Notes: generated by a model not told the origin, from the letters alone. 64,000 bases of DNA from Octopus sinensis (GCF_006345805.1 NC_042999.1:55552001-55616000), one strand, 5' to 3'; shown: positions 40,600 through 53,853, counted from the stretch's first letter. Program-made: numbers and translations.

Positions 40600-41700
40600 T
40601 AATATTGAGTTGTCCAATGTTTATATTTGTAGCGTCATTGCTGAGAATTTAATGTCGTTTTCCAGAGCTTCATCAAGTGAGATTCAAAGTACCTGGTCGC
40701 TGGTGAAATTTTGGATATCTCCAAGCATTCGTTTATCCAGTTGTGAGGAATTCTATCAAAGGCGTTCTTGCAGTCTATCCAGGCCACGAGATATGTTTTT
40801 ATCTTGTGACTATCTTTAAAAAGCATTCTGTTAATTAACAGTTGATCTCTGCATCTCTAAGACCCATGTTTATATACTTTTTGTTAATCAGTGAAGATAT
40901 AATGGGAAACGCATATTAGCGTTCAATTACAAGAAATTCAAGAGTGACGTACTTTGTTGTAATACATGCCATGCGTCTGTAGTTCTTACGGTTTTTTAAA
41001 ATCATTTTTGGCGAGCAAAAAAGTGATATCTTTGGTCAGCCATTCTGAGTGCCAGTCATTCTGGGGCACTCGGTGGTTCCTTCAATTGTGTTGTGACTAC
41101 AATTTATTTTCATGTGTAAGTTTGTAAACACATTGAGCCAATAGTTTCGTATATTATCCATACCAAGTGACTCCCATTTAAATGCGAGTCTGACATATTC
41201 TTTTAAATGTGAGTCTGATATATTCTACTATTATCTCTTTCCATATTTACTCTTCTATAAGCTTAGTGTCTTCTTTTTTGTCTATTAATACATGTGCATC
41301 CCAAATGTGCTCTTTTCATCTATCCATATTTTCTCCATAGCTCAAAGGGCAGTTCTATTTTGATAGTGCTCTTTACAGAATGACCATAGAACTTTTGTGG
41401 ATCATTTTAAAACAATCTGTCATCATTGAGGAATCTGGATCGAGTTTTGAAGCAGCGTATACGCCCAGATTTGGCTTGCACTTTTCCTCCACTACTTCAC
41501 CAAATTGCCGTTCTCACTTTAATTCGTACTTTCTCATTATCTCTTTATGTATTCCCTATTGGTCATTTGACTCATTTCTTCCTTTTTCTTTTTTGTTTCG
41601 TCTGCTTCCAGTATTCTCAAGTACTTATACCTCTGTTCTTTCTCAGTCGCTCTCATTGTTTGCCCATTTGGCATTTCAATTCCTTGGCTTCTTTCAACTC
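40600..41700 (-). mobile_element. R4/Dong-type LINE RT fragment A
   Basis: RCRDQLLINRML...VAWIDCKNAFDRIPHNWINECLEISKI, with a decayed NYR.IACITT upstream. Confidence 0.75.
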
Positions 41701-41734
41701 TTCCTCGTTACATTTTCAATATAGTACAATTTTT

Positions 41735-43180
41735 CTATCCCACGTCATTTGAAAAAATGCGGATAATATGTACAAGACTTTCAAGCTGTTTCTCATTTTT
41801 AGCATAAACCTTTATATTATACATGAAAATGAGATAAATTATCTGACAGTGTTCTTTTTCCAAATCGTAAGCAATTTTAACTTTTCGTAGCATTATAGTG
41901 AACGGTGTCATAGTGCATATCAATAGTAATAGAGATAAGCTATTACACTGGAATATTCCACGTCCGATGTTTGCTTTTCCAAGTTTTTATTTTCATCCAA
42001 TCAATTCAGTATTCTAATATTTCATACTTTCTTTAAGCATTTTCTCCATGGTTTTTCCTATTGCAAACATGCTCTTTGTTTTACTTATCCAACTGTGTTA
42101 TACCATGTCATGATTTTTTGCAATCTAGCCATGCTACATTCGGTCCAGTCAATCTGCGTCTACAATTTCTAATTATCATTTTATTAACTAGCAAGTGATC
42201 TTTTGTTGCCCTACATTGTTTCCTGCATCCTTTCTGTTCTTCTGTAAATAGATTGTTACTTTCCAGACGGTTGTATAATTCTTCTGCCAATACACCGGTC
42301 ATAAGCTTCCACATAAGTGGTAAACAAGTTATATGTCGAAAATTCGATGCCAAATTTTCTTTCATGGGATCCTTGAGGCATAGCAGCATTCGTCCATTTG
42401 TCATCCAGGCAGGAATGTGACCTTGCTGCAGGCAGTCAACCAGTTACGCAGCGATCCTTTCATGCAACAGTTTAAAGTTCTTCAGCCAATAGCCTTGTAC
42501 ACCATCCGGGCCTGATCCTTTCCAATTTGCTATATTTTTAACTTCTGTCTCACTGTACACAGATTAATTCTGACGGTCTTGGTACAGTTACAAGTTATCT
42601 TTCCGCCTTTGTTAGCCACTCTGCGCATTCTTTATATTTTGCCGGTGTGTTCCACAGCCCTCTATCAAATTCTTCACTTTTTTTTCGCATCTCGAATAAT
42701 TTCCTGATGTTGGTTTGCCTCTATTTCCTCACAAAGACGCCTTCTATTTGATTGGAAGTCTTTTCTGTTCAAAAAATCCGCATCTAGCAGCATATCTTTT
42801 CAATCTGGCCTTTAATACTGTTACCTTTTGTGTCAATTCTTCGTTTGCTGTTTGTTTTCTCCTTTCATCTAGTCTGTGATGTCCATTCATATCTTTTCAA
42901 TTTGTCCTTTAATTCAGTCATCTTTTGTGTCCATCCTTCATGTTCTACTTGTTTCCCCCTTTCTTTTAATCTGTTCTGTCCATTCAATTTTCTGATTACT
43001 GCCTTATTCTTGAGCTCTCCTGTCATTGTCCTGTTCAATTGTCCCAGTTCTTTTTGTGTCTTTTCCAGGTTCATTCATATTCTCTTCCTCCAGTTTAATT
43101 TTTTTCTTTCAATTGCTTTTATATCCTCAGGTTTTCGCTTGTAGCCTATTATGTTACCTACGACGTTAGCAGCAGCTGGC
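41735..43180 (-). mobile_element. R4/Dong-type LINE RT fragment B
   Basis: ASNFRHITCLPLMWKLMTGVLAEELY...EEQKGCRKQCRATKDHLLVNK...AWLDCKKS; RGIFQ; IFMYNIKVYAKNEKQLESLV (decayed FMDD). Confidence 0.85.
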
Positions 43181-43212
43181 TTGTTTCACTGATGTATTAT
43201 TATCATTACTAT

Positions 43213-43708
43213 TGAGTGAGAGAGCAGTGCATGCCATCAAAGTGACACTGGGGTAAAATATACGAAGACCAGTATACCTATCATGACTACCCGTCTCATA
43301 AGGGTACACTAGGTACATGCATCATAACCATATGTGCGCGACATGGTGATCTCATATCAATATAAACAGCACATGACCTTGCAGGTGCGGCCCAGTTTTA
43401 GAATTTCTTCTGGTCGAGTAACCCATCCTGCTCAAAAGGTCCCTGAATAAGGGTTGATTAAGGATGTTGAACGTAACACACATGTTTCGAGAGGTGAATT
43501 ATTCAAACCCCAAAGAATCCCTCTCAACACATGGCTATTATGCCCCCCTCCCCCACTAGTTCTGCTCGTGATCAGAGATGTACATAACGTCAGCCACTGA
43601 GGGACATGCTCAACTGGTTAAGATCAAACAACTGACAAGCAAATCCGTGGTACTGAGCAGAATATTTGCTATAGCCCATCTTTTATACCAAGACAAAACA
43701 ATGACATG

Positions 43709-43710
<2 letters not shown>
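43213..43710 (-). mobile_element. Non-coding (AAT)n-tailed element (copy 4)
   Basis: Reverse complement of 21612-22162; (TTA)n on both sides. Confidence 0.85.
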
Positions 43711-43739
<29 letters not shown>

Positions 43740-44820
43740 TATTATTATATTATTATTACTATTATTATTATTATTATGGTAAGTTCCTTGAATTGTATAG
43801 AGCAGCAATGGAGGTAATAATAGCGATGCCTTAGTAACATACAAACCATCAACGGAGACAATCTAAGTAGGTTTTTGTTGTTTTTCTGTATTCCGTGTTA
43901 GTTTGTAGGACACATACCTTGTTATTTAGTATAACATTGTCTCCATTTAAATACTTTCTTCCAAGAATCCTATAATCAAAGGCGATAATTTAACGAGCTC
44001 TATTTGGCTCAAGGATTCCAGTATCCGGTGCACAGTCACACGCTTTAATTTTATAATCAACGCAACCACTATGTAACTTTTCTGTATTCCTGCAGCTTCT
44101 GTTTAATACTCACGATGTCGCTTATATAATTTAGTTTCAGGCCGTTATATCTATTCATTTATTTGTTCTGTAATTATTTCTAATGCACGGTTAGCTCATT
44201 TAATTAGGCCTTTGTCTCTTTTTTTTTGTTCTATGATATCACACTGTCTCTTTACTTGAATAAGTTTATCTCGTCAAACTTTTGTTTAATTTCGTCTATC
44301 AATTTTTAACTCACTGCATTCATTCATTTGTGTTGGCACTAATGGTTCTTTTTTTATTATATGACATTGTTGTTGTTTGTTTCTTCTATAGTATTACTTC
44401 ATGTCTATTGGCTTGTCGAACATATCATGTTTAGCCTGTTTTGTCATATGTTCCCCATAGTACGAATTACGTTGTATACGTATTTTATATTTTCCTGCTG
44501 GGGTAAAGTTTTAGGGTGTTCTTATTTTTATAATGTTAGTACATTCGGTGGTTATCTTATTCTATCCATCTGTGTTCATATCAAAGGATTACATTTTCAG
44601 CAGATTTTTTTTTAAATCGGTAAGGGAATCATTACTAAAGCCACTTATTGTTGAGAAAAACATTCTAGATATTTTTAATTCTAGATATTTACATTTGGAT
44701 ACTTTCCTCGTTCTTTGAAAGATAATCTATCTTGGGACTGATACATTGGTAAAAATACCCTGCCTTTTCTGGCAGTGTTAGCTTTGACCTCTCTGTAAAC
44801 CTTGTTGGTGTAAACCATTG

Positions 44821-45107
44821 TATGGCACATCTCAGTGTATGGCATATCACACTGTACGGCATATTCCACTGTATGGCATATCTCAGTGCATGGCATATTC
44901 TATTGTATGACATGTCCTCTTGCATAGTACATGCCGCTGTCTGGCACTCCCTGTGCATGAATATCTTGTTGCATGGCACATCCTAATGCATGACATATCC
45001 TGGTGTATGGGATATCCCGGTGCATGACACATACCATTGCATGATATATCCTGGTGTATAGTATATCCCGATGTATGACTCATCCTAGTTTATGGCACAC
45101 CCCAGTG
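44821..45107. repeat. Degenerate 17-bp minisatellite, 17 units, consensus ~YATGRCAYATCCYRGTG
   Basis: Units read one by one: tatggcacatctcagtg, tatggcatatcacactg, tacggcatattccactg ... tatggcacaccccagtg; two units are 16 bp. Confidence 0.9.
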
Positions 45108-45185
45108 TTTGGCTGTTGTATTATTCTCTTGATTTTTTACGATCTATCTATACTCTTTCTTTTGTTTTATTGTTTCACAGTTGAG

Positions 45186-45310
45186 GTGCAATGGCCCAGT
45201 GGTTAGGGGAAGCGGACTCGCGGACGCAGGATCGCGGTTTCGATTCCCAGACCGGGCTTTGAGAGTGATTATTGAGCGAAAACACCTAAAACCCCACGAG
45301 GCACCGGCAT
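45186..45310 (+). mobile_element. 5' head of a tRNA(Arg)-derived SINE, truncated
   Basis: A-box TGGCCCAGTGG, anticodon-like loop ctcgcgg (TCG), B-box GGTTTCGATTCC. No tRNA acceptor-stem closure; the sequence continues into SINE body. Confidence 0.7.
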
Positions 45311-45377
45311 ACAGGACATATAGAGAGAGACAGGGAGAGAAAGATATAGATAGACAGGCAGATATATAGACAGATAT

Positions 45378-48310
45378 GTTTCTTTATTAGCCACACAGGC
45401 TGCACACAGATAGAACAAATTACAAGGTAGAGCTTTCTTTTGGGGGTAAAAAAAAGAGAGTGGTGGTTTTCGATCAAAAAGGATCGTAAAAGGAAAGAAA
45501 AAGGACAAAAAAGGGAGGGGTTTTAAAAAAAGGGGGAGGGAGAGAAAAAAATGAATAATAGGGATCGTTATCACAGAAATGTCAATATGAAGTGTAAAGG
45601 GGAGGACAGGTGAGGTTTACTCTGGAAAGAAAAGCCTATGGAAAAGACCACGGTAACCTCGGTCAATGAAGTCATTGTATATTTCTTTTTTTTTTTTTGC
45701 AAATAAGCAACTCTCTGTATTAATTTTTATGATTCATAGAATCATAGTCAAGGTGGCTTCGTCATTCATACGTGCCATCCTTGCTACATTCACCCATCTT
45801 TTTTAAAAACATTCACTAGACAAAACTTGCCTCTCTACTCTCACTTTCCTCTTCAAGTGATACTTTAAGAAGTTGATGAGAGATTGACCAGAGAGGAAAG
45901 TGTTTGTCTCTAATCCTTTCAGGCGCGTCCACCAGATACATTCTTTCGCCATAGCCACAAGTATGATAAAATAGCTCTTCCTTCCCGTTTGAAGGAAAGA
46001 GGCGTGACGATATTAACGATAGACTCGGCTAATAAACCGACACGTCCCACACGTGACAGCAGTCGTTCGACATAAGCCAACAGGTCGGAAATTGCTGGAC
46101 ACTGCACGATTGCGTGCAGAGCGGTTTCGTCGCTCTGCCCGCATCTCGGGCAGGTCGGCCCGTGTTTCTCGAGCCATGCCTATAGAGCTTATCCCGAACG
46201 GGTAGCGCTTCTCGGTAGCACCGCCAGGCCAGGGATCTCTGGAAGTTGTCCATAGGTCCCGGGCTGAAAGTCGTTTGAAACAGGCGGGTCAGGTATTCCT
46301 CGTCGACGCCCAGGTTGCCCCGAGCTCGTCGTCGTACCTCCCCTCCACTAATCCCTATAGAATGCTTTGGTTGTGTTGAAGTCACTCAAGGTCGACCCGG
46401 GACGGCAGAGTTGCTTGAGAGCAACGCGACACTCGCGGTGCCATTCGCCCTTCCTCGGCCTCTTTTGATCCACGACTGTAGTTCGGTCATGGAGACGAGT
46501 TGCGGGAATGCGAATGCGTGCACAAACGGCGACCACACCTGTTCACCGTCGTCTACATAGAGCCGGAGATGTCGCAGTCTCAGCGCGTGTCTGCGCATCA
46601 TCAACCACGGCATCCCCAGCCCTCCTTTTAAGGGTGTGTGACAGCAAATGGATCGCCCTGACCATCGGGACGATCCTTTCCACAAGAAGCGGAAGAGGAT
46701 GCGTTCTAGTTTGGTGATGGTAGGTCGGGACAAGGTACGACAGTCAGGCGGTAGTAGATGATGGACGCGATGTACGCGTTCACCACCTCCGCCAACCTTT
46801 TAGGGACAGTTTCCTCTCGGCCCATTGCTGGGCGAGAGTGACCACCCTACTCGTTATCTCGTTCCAGTTCTTCTCCATTTGGAGGTCCGGACCGAACCAG
46901 ACCCCGAGCAACTCAACCGGGCCGTCTGTCCAGCGTCCCACGACGGAGGTACTGGTGGACGGCATGGGCTTGCTTCTCCAGGTGCCGAGCCGCAAGCCAC
47001 TGACTTTTCCCGGTTGATTTTGCTCCTGTCACCGCTTCGTAGTCTTTCAGTGTCTCGCCGACACTAATTGACGGTGACGTCGTCCGCGTATGCATAGACA
47101 CGCTCGTCCCGCATCCCAATTCTCGTGGGATGCCCCTTAGAGTCGGCCAGCTTCCGCAGTAGTGGCTCAAGAGTCAATACGTATAGAAGCGCCGAGAGGG
47201 GGCATCCCTGACGGACCGAACGTGCAATATCGAAAGGTCTCGATAGATGTCCATTTACACGAATTACCGAACGGATGCCTCTGTACAAGGCAGCTATCCA
47301 GCCGCGGAAGACGGGACTGAAACCAGCCGCTCTCAGGACTGCCTCCAAGTATCGATGGTCTACCCTATCAAGGCTTTCGATTGATCCAGTTGATCAGGGC
47401 CCCACCCATGCCAGGTTCGTTAACTACCCTGTCTATATGTAGCGCATCAGATGGAGGTTGTCATGGATGCTCCGGCCCGGCACGGCGCACGTTTGTGCGT
47501 TGTCGACCAGTTTCTCGATGACAAGCGCCAACTCTTGGCTAACACCTTTGTCAAAATTTTCAGGTCTGCATTGAGCAGCGTGATTGGTCTAAAGTTATCT
47601 ATAATGTTTCCCTTGTTTGATCTTTCTTCAGCAGTGTTACAGCTCCTCGACTCACAAAACCGGGTATGCTCCCGTTTTGCTGCCAGTTGCAGTATACCGC
47701 TGCCAAGACGTCTCCAAACAAGTCTGGCATACAATTGTAAAACTCGTAGGGTAGACCATCCAAACCCGGTGATTTGTCCCTCGAGCATTCTGCTATCGCT
47801 TCCTGCACTTCCGCCGCCGTGATGCCACCTTCGCAGCACCCTGCCTTTCTGTCGAGGTCGTGGCAGGGCTATGTAGGTAGGCACTGAAGTCCACCCTACG
47901 TTCTTGCCCTCCACTCGTCCCCGAACAGTCGGGCAAAATGCTGCTGAAAGCCTCACACATTTTACTTGGCTCGAGCAATTCGCGCCCCTGTTCATCTACC
48001 AGTGACCGAATGGTTGCTGTTGTTGCCCTGTTGCGCCTCTGCCACCCGGGCCTCTCTCTCGCGGCTCCAACACCTTCTTCGTTCCTTAGAGCACGCGCTC
48101 CTAGCTCTGACAGCACATCCTTCGTGTTTGGCGTTGAAGTGTTGTCGAGGCCAACCTCGCCCCAAAACGTCGGATGCGATGCGCCCGCTTCTAATTGCCT
48201 CTTCTAGCTTCTTAACTAGCTCACCCTCTACTCTATTTCTATCTATGATGGCTAGTGCTTTGCTGTACCTAATCGCTTCTGCTTTTACTACTGCTCTCTT
48301 GAGGGCAAAG
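45378..48310 (-). mobile_element. Tx1/L1-group non-LTR retrotransposon, 5'-truncated, GC-rich and apparently young
   Basis: PGLDGLPYEFY; NFRPITLLNADLKILTKVLAK; RSVRQGCPLSALLYVLTLEPL; YAYADDVTV; CCHC knuckle CPRCGQSDETALHAIVQC; AATAAA at 45388-45383. ORF2 is broken mostly by frameshifts. Confidence 0.93.
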
Positions 48311-48317
48311 ATAATAT

Positions 48318-48345
48318 ATATAGATAGATAGATAGATAGATAGAT

Positions 48346-48401
<56 letters not shown>

Positions 48402-48405
48402 ACAA

Positions 48406-48451
<46 letters not shown>

Positions 48452-48452
48452 G

Positions 48453-48483
<31 letters not shown>

Positions 48484-48508
48484 GTAGGTAGATAAGATTG
48501 ATAGATAT

Positions 48509-48592
<84 letters not shown>
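48318..48592. repeat. (GATA)n microsatellite at the 5' junction of the Tx1 element
   Basis: Direct reading. Confidence 0.95.
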
Positions 48593-49060
48593 GCCGACTG
48601 ACAGTCAGGCAGACAGATAAACGTGTGTGAGTTTCATTGATATTTTCCCCTGAAACCTCCCACGTAGATTATCCGCCCTTCTTCCTCCTCTTATCCACAC
48701 ACCACGGCTTATTTAAACTGACAGAAGGATAAGCTTAACCTAAATCACTGTTCACTGCAATTGAACGCGGTGTTTATACTGCCAGAGGTGTTCAGATTAA
48801 GCGGAAGACAAAGATACACGCTTAAGTGTTGTGTATGTGTCTATATTAGTGGAAACACGAATAATAGTATATACGTACGTACATACATATATACATCTAT
48901 ACACATACATATATACATTCATATACATATATAAATATGTACATGAATACATCTACACACACACACACATACACACTCACAACATGTATGTAGGTATATA
49001 TGTATGTATATATATATATATATGTGTGTATATACATATATGTATGTGTGTGTGTGTATG

Positions 49061-49140
<80 letters not shown>

Positions 49141-49699
49141 GTGTGTGTGTATATAAGGGCATTGCTGTTTTGATATTGTTTTGACAATTTTTTCGAGCCA
49201 TTGCACAAAGGTATTTGTATAATGTTTAATATATGTGTGCGCATATTTCCTTCTAGTCATATATGTATATATGTATATGTGTATATGTGTGTGTGTGTTA
49301 TAAACACACGCACACATATACGCGCATATGCACACGTACATACACATATACGCACACACACACACTCATATTCATAGATGGATAGATAAAAAGCAGGATG
49401 TTTATCATCATTTTAAACGATCTTATTTCATAAACTCCATGAAATTACGAATTGGTGCCAGCAGAAAACATACGTTTTCTCTGTTATAAGAAAGAGAAAC
49501 TAAAAAAAAAAAACCCCAGTTTTTTCTGTATTGTAACCACCTCTAGACCGGTCGAGGCTCCTGGACGATGGTATCCCAAAGCTGCAATGTGCGTTCGAGG
49601 TGTCGATGGTCACTTTGGTCCTGCAAGTTACATCAAAGCACACAGACAGCGGTGTTTTTCATTGACAGATGAGCCGAGTCATTTACTGTTCGGGGTTTC

Positions 49700-50000
49700 G
49701 ATTTTCGTTTCTTCCAGAAAGCAGAAACTGTTCACTGTGATCGAAATCTTTGTGGTCTTTTGTTCCTCGCTTCCTTCATTTCTCATCCTATCAAACCTGA
49801 ACCCTTTTCCTGCCCCTGCTCTTGCTAATATTCTGTCTCCCTTGACTAAGGTATCGTTATCCCTCACAGACCTAACGCATCCTCCTACGTAACCAACCGT
49901 CTCCTCTCTGCCACCAAGAATATCTCATATTCCATTAAATATCAAGTGTTCATTGTTTGCATTAGGACCATTCCGAGAAACAGCAAAACGTGTTTCAACA
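49700..50000 (+). mobile_element. Decayed Penelope-like GIY-YIG fragment
   Basis: TNRLLSATKNISYSIKYQV resembles F.C.S.N.IY.I.C. Homologous to the inverted copy at 61780-62270. Confidence 0.5.
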
Positions 50001-50489
50001 CACGACTTTACGTCAAGAATCTTTGAAACTAAGTACAAAAACCAAATAAGCAAAGAAAATTTTAGAAAATCTTAGACTCAGCAACTGTTGGGCATACACT
50101 CGCGGTACTCCATCGTCCCTCCGCAACCCATTAATGCAATCTCTACCTCGCACTTTAATTTATCGACCACACTCTCAACTTTAAAACAACGAGGAGACGT
50201 TGGTTTCTCTTTTCTTTCCCGACCCCAAGGCTTTTGCTTTTGTTATCTCTCCTCTCCGCCCGCCGATGTGGTCTTCCGTTTCCCTTCAGTGCTTCAAGAA
50301 CAAGATCAATTTTATATGCAATTATGAATTTTATGAAAAAAAATATTGTATCTGTTTTTGCATTCATCATGAATTCGAAACGCTACCAAGACGTTTGACC
50401 ATTCTTTGAAGAATATAACGGAGGCAAAACATAAAGGACATGGCTCATATGAAAGATATTACAGTATCCACCAGACTATCGGATGTTGT

Positions 50490-50735
50490 TATACATCGCT
50501 GATCACAATGCGCTTCCCGTTGTTTTAGCGTTTGAATGGTGCTACCCCCGCTGGATAGACCAGCAAGCCAATAATCACCTCGATCAGAAGGCAAATTCTG
50601 TTGCAGGGTGATCCATTTTACGGCTAAGTGGACTGGGGTGACATGAAATAAAGTGTTTTGCTCAAGAAGACATCACACCGCCAGGTCCAAAAATCAAACC
50701 CATAATCTAGCGAACTTTATCCGCTAGCCGCACGC
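50490..50735 (-). mobile_element. Degenerate tRNA-type SINE of a third family
   Basis: Minus strand cttgagcaaaacactttatttcatgtcaccccagtccacttagccgtaaatgg resembles CORE/V-type central domains. Confidence 0.5.
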
Positions 50736-50806
50736 CTTCCCACATGAAAAATACATTATCATTCAAATTAAATATTTCCTCCTATTATGTTATTTTATCA
50801 ACACCA

Positions 50807-51390
50807 AAGGCGGTGAGCTGGCAGAGTCGGTAGCACGCCGAGCGAAATGCTTTGAGGCATTTCGTTTGTCTTTACGTTCTGAGTTCAAATTCCGCCGAGG
50901 TCGACTTTGCCTTTCAACCTTTCGGGGTCGATAAATTAAGTACCAGTTGCGTATTGGGGTCGATGTAACCGACTGGCCCCTTCCCCCAAATTTTCGGGCC
51001 TTGTGCTTCGAGTGAAAAATTATCGTCAGCATGCCGGGCGAAATACTTAGCGGTATTTCATCTGCCGCTACGTTCTGAGTTCAAATTGCGCCGAAGTCGA
51101 CTTTGCCTTTCATCCTTTCGGGGTCAATTAAATAAGTACCAGTTACGCACTGGGGTCGATATAATCGACTTAATCCGTTTGTCTGTCCTTCTTTGTCCTC
51201 TATGTGTTTGGCCCCTTGTGGGTAGTAAAGAAATAGGTATTTCATCTGTCTTTACGTTCTGAGTTCAAATTCCGCCGATGTCGACTTTGCCTTTCATCCT
51301 TTCGGGGTCGATAAATTAAGTACCAGTGAAACACTGACCGGCCCCCACCTCTCCACAAGCTGTCCTTGTGGCAAAACTTGAAGCCGTTAT
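50807..51390 (+). mobile_element. Three head-to-tail tRNA-derived SINE units
   Basis: Central domain repeated at ~50870, ~51070 and ~51255, each with a different 3' tail; units 2 and 3 lack the 5' head. Confidence 0.88.
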
Positions 51391-52139
51391 TTTATGAACA
51401 CCATAAGAATTAAAAGCGAAGCCGACCCTGAACATAAATATCAGAGAAAAAGAACACAACACATTTTGTGTGAACCGCTACCATTTCTTCTAATCTGCAA
51501 TCCTTAACATAATTAACAGACAAATATCTTCTTTACAGATTTTTCGGTAAACGCTGCAAATATAATTGAAGAATAGTGACAAACTCAAAGGAATATTTTA
51601 TTTCAAGCATTCAGAGTTATTTGATATCGATGTGTATCACGAACTTGCGATGGGAGGTCGTACGTATATCAGTACAGCATTTGTAATACAATATCTAGGA
51701 AAAGTAGAAAATTTACCGAATAACACAGGGTACCCTCAGGGTAGACACAGTAATAAGAAGTTTATCGGTTATTCTATCTTACTTTTGCTGCCAAATACAG
51801 GACTCCATGGTGTGTACTAAACTATTATTGTAGAAGGAATTTATCGGTGATATATGAGTTCTAAGAGATTTATTATGGAGTACAAAGTTCTTTCACCCCC
51901 GAACTCAGTGCAACGCTGCTTAGATTTCTTACAAGAATCACAAACATCATTCCGTTACCCGAGTTCCTTCTTCTTGTTGCACCGATTGATTGAAGGAGTA
52001 CAGTTTTACACACACACACATGTACACACACATACATATGCACAAACATGCGCGCGCGCAGAAAAAACACAACACGCATACATATATACACACCAAACAC
52101 ACTACACCAGACACAGCAGGAACACTGCAAATGATGATA

Positions 52140-52410
52140 ATGGTGGTGGTGGTGGTGGTGGTGTGTGGCGGCGGCGGCGGCGGGCGGTGGCGGCGGCGGT
52201 CGTCGGGGGGCGGTGGCGGGCGGCGGTTGGCGGCGGCGGCGGTGGCGGCGGCGGTGGCGGCGGTGGCAGCGGCGGTGGCGGCGGCGGTGGCGGTGGCGGT
52301 GGTGGAGGTGGTGGTGGTGGTGGTGGTGGGGTGGTGTGGTGGTGGTGGTGGTTGGTTTTTGGAAGGAAGAGGAGGTGCAGGAGGAGGAGGGGAGCAGGAC
52401 GATGACGATG
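52140..52410. repeat. GC-rich (GGC/GGT/GGA)n tract
   Basis: Direct reading. Confidence 0.9.
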
Positions 52411-52444
52411 ATGAAATGGTTGTAGTTTGCCTAAAGCATTCCAC

Positions 52445-53687
52445 CATATGTGTATGTATGCATGCATGCATGTATATACATACGTACATACATGCATACA
52501 TACACACATACATACACACACATACATATACACCTACAGACATGCATACATACACACACATACACATACATACTTACATGCATACACACATACATACACA
52601 CGTATATACATACATCCACATACATACATACAAACATACATACATACAAACATCCATATAGATACATACATACATACATACATACATACATACATACACA
52701 CACATACATACATACATACAAACATGCATATACATACATATACATACGTACACACATACATACATACACATGCATACATACAAACATACATAGTCACATA
52801 CATATATACATACATACATGTAGATACATACAAACATGTTGATAAGACATACATATACATACGTACACACATACATACATCATACATACATACATACATA
52901 CATTCATACACATGCATACATACATCCATCCATACATATATACACACGCATGCATACACACAAACATACATATATTTACATAATTCATATACACAGATAC
53001 ACACATACATACATACAAACAACCTTCCATTCATACATACAGACACACACACACACACACACACACATACATACATACATGCATACAAAAATACATACCT
53101 ACAAACATCCATACATGCACACACACACACACATACATACATACATACATACATACATACATACATACATACATACATACATACATACATACATACATGG
53201 TAGCTGCCCCCTCGTTATCGAGTATGGCCATTGCGCGAAGCTTAATCAATGTTGTTATCGTGCAATGCCTGTGCAAGATTTTTTTTAAAGTGAGGAAAGG
53301 CAGTGAGCTGAGTCAATCACACTCACTAAGCAACAGCAGCCATGATCCGAAAAGAAGAACAAGTTAACATCACCGGTAACCACTGAGCCGCAGGTTTTAT
53401 GTCGGAGTTATCCTAGTTACCTGAGTTACCTTCTCCTAGAAGAATGCCCTAACAAAGGCTAGGAGTCCTTCACTCCCAATGGTTTAACCGCGTGATCGGG
53501 TATTCAGTCCGATTATTTCTATGTCCCCACGCATGATACGAGCCTTAAGACATTTATTGGATGGCCGTTGACGGATTTTGTTTTTCATCCCGCAGGATGT
53601 CCAATAAACACCCTCCTCACCAAGCAAGCTTGGTGGTGTTGACGGTTTAGTCGCCGACGACCCGACCATGCAACTGGTTGTACTGGG

Positions 53688-53718
<31 letters not shown>

Positions 53719-53720
53719 CA

Positions 53721-53784
<64 letters not shown>

Positions 53785-53813
53785 TACATACATACATACA
53801 TACACACATACAT

Positions 53814-53844
<31 letters not shown>

Positions 53845-53853
53845 TACATACAT

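Noticed and set aside
44821-45107. CRISPR-like periodicity
   Set aside because: No unique spacers, units are contiguous 17-mers, no cas genes, eukaryotic context.
45186-45260. tRNA-Arg gene
   Set aside because: A and B boxes are present, but the acceptor stem does not close and the sequence continues into SINE body; treated as a SINE head.
51854-52661. Gly/Ala/Pro-rich ORFs
   Set aside because: GGC/GGT trinucleotide tract flanked by other microsatellites; no domain and no splice evidence.
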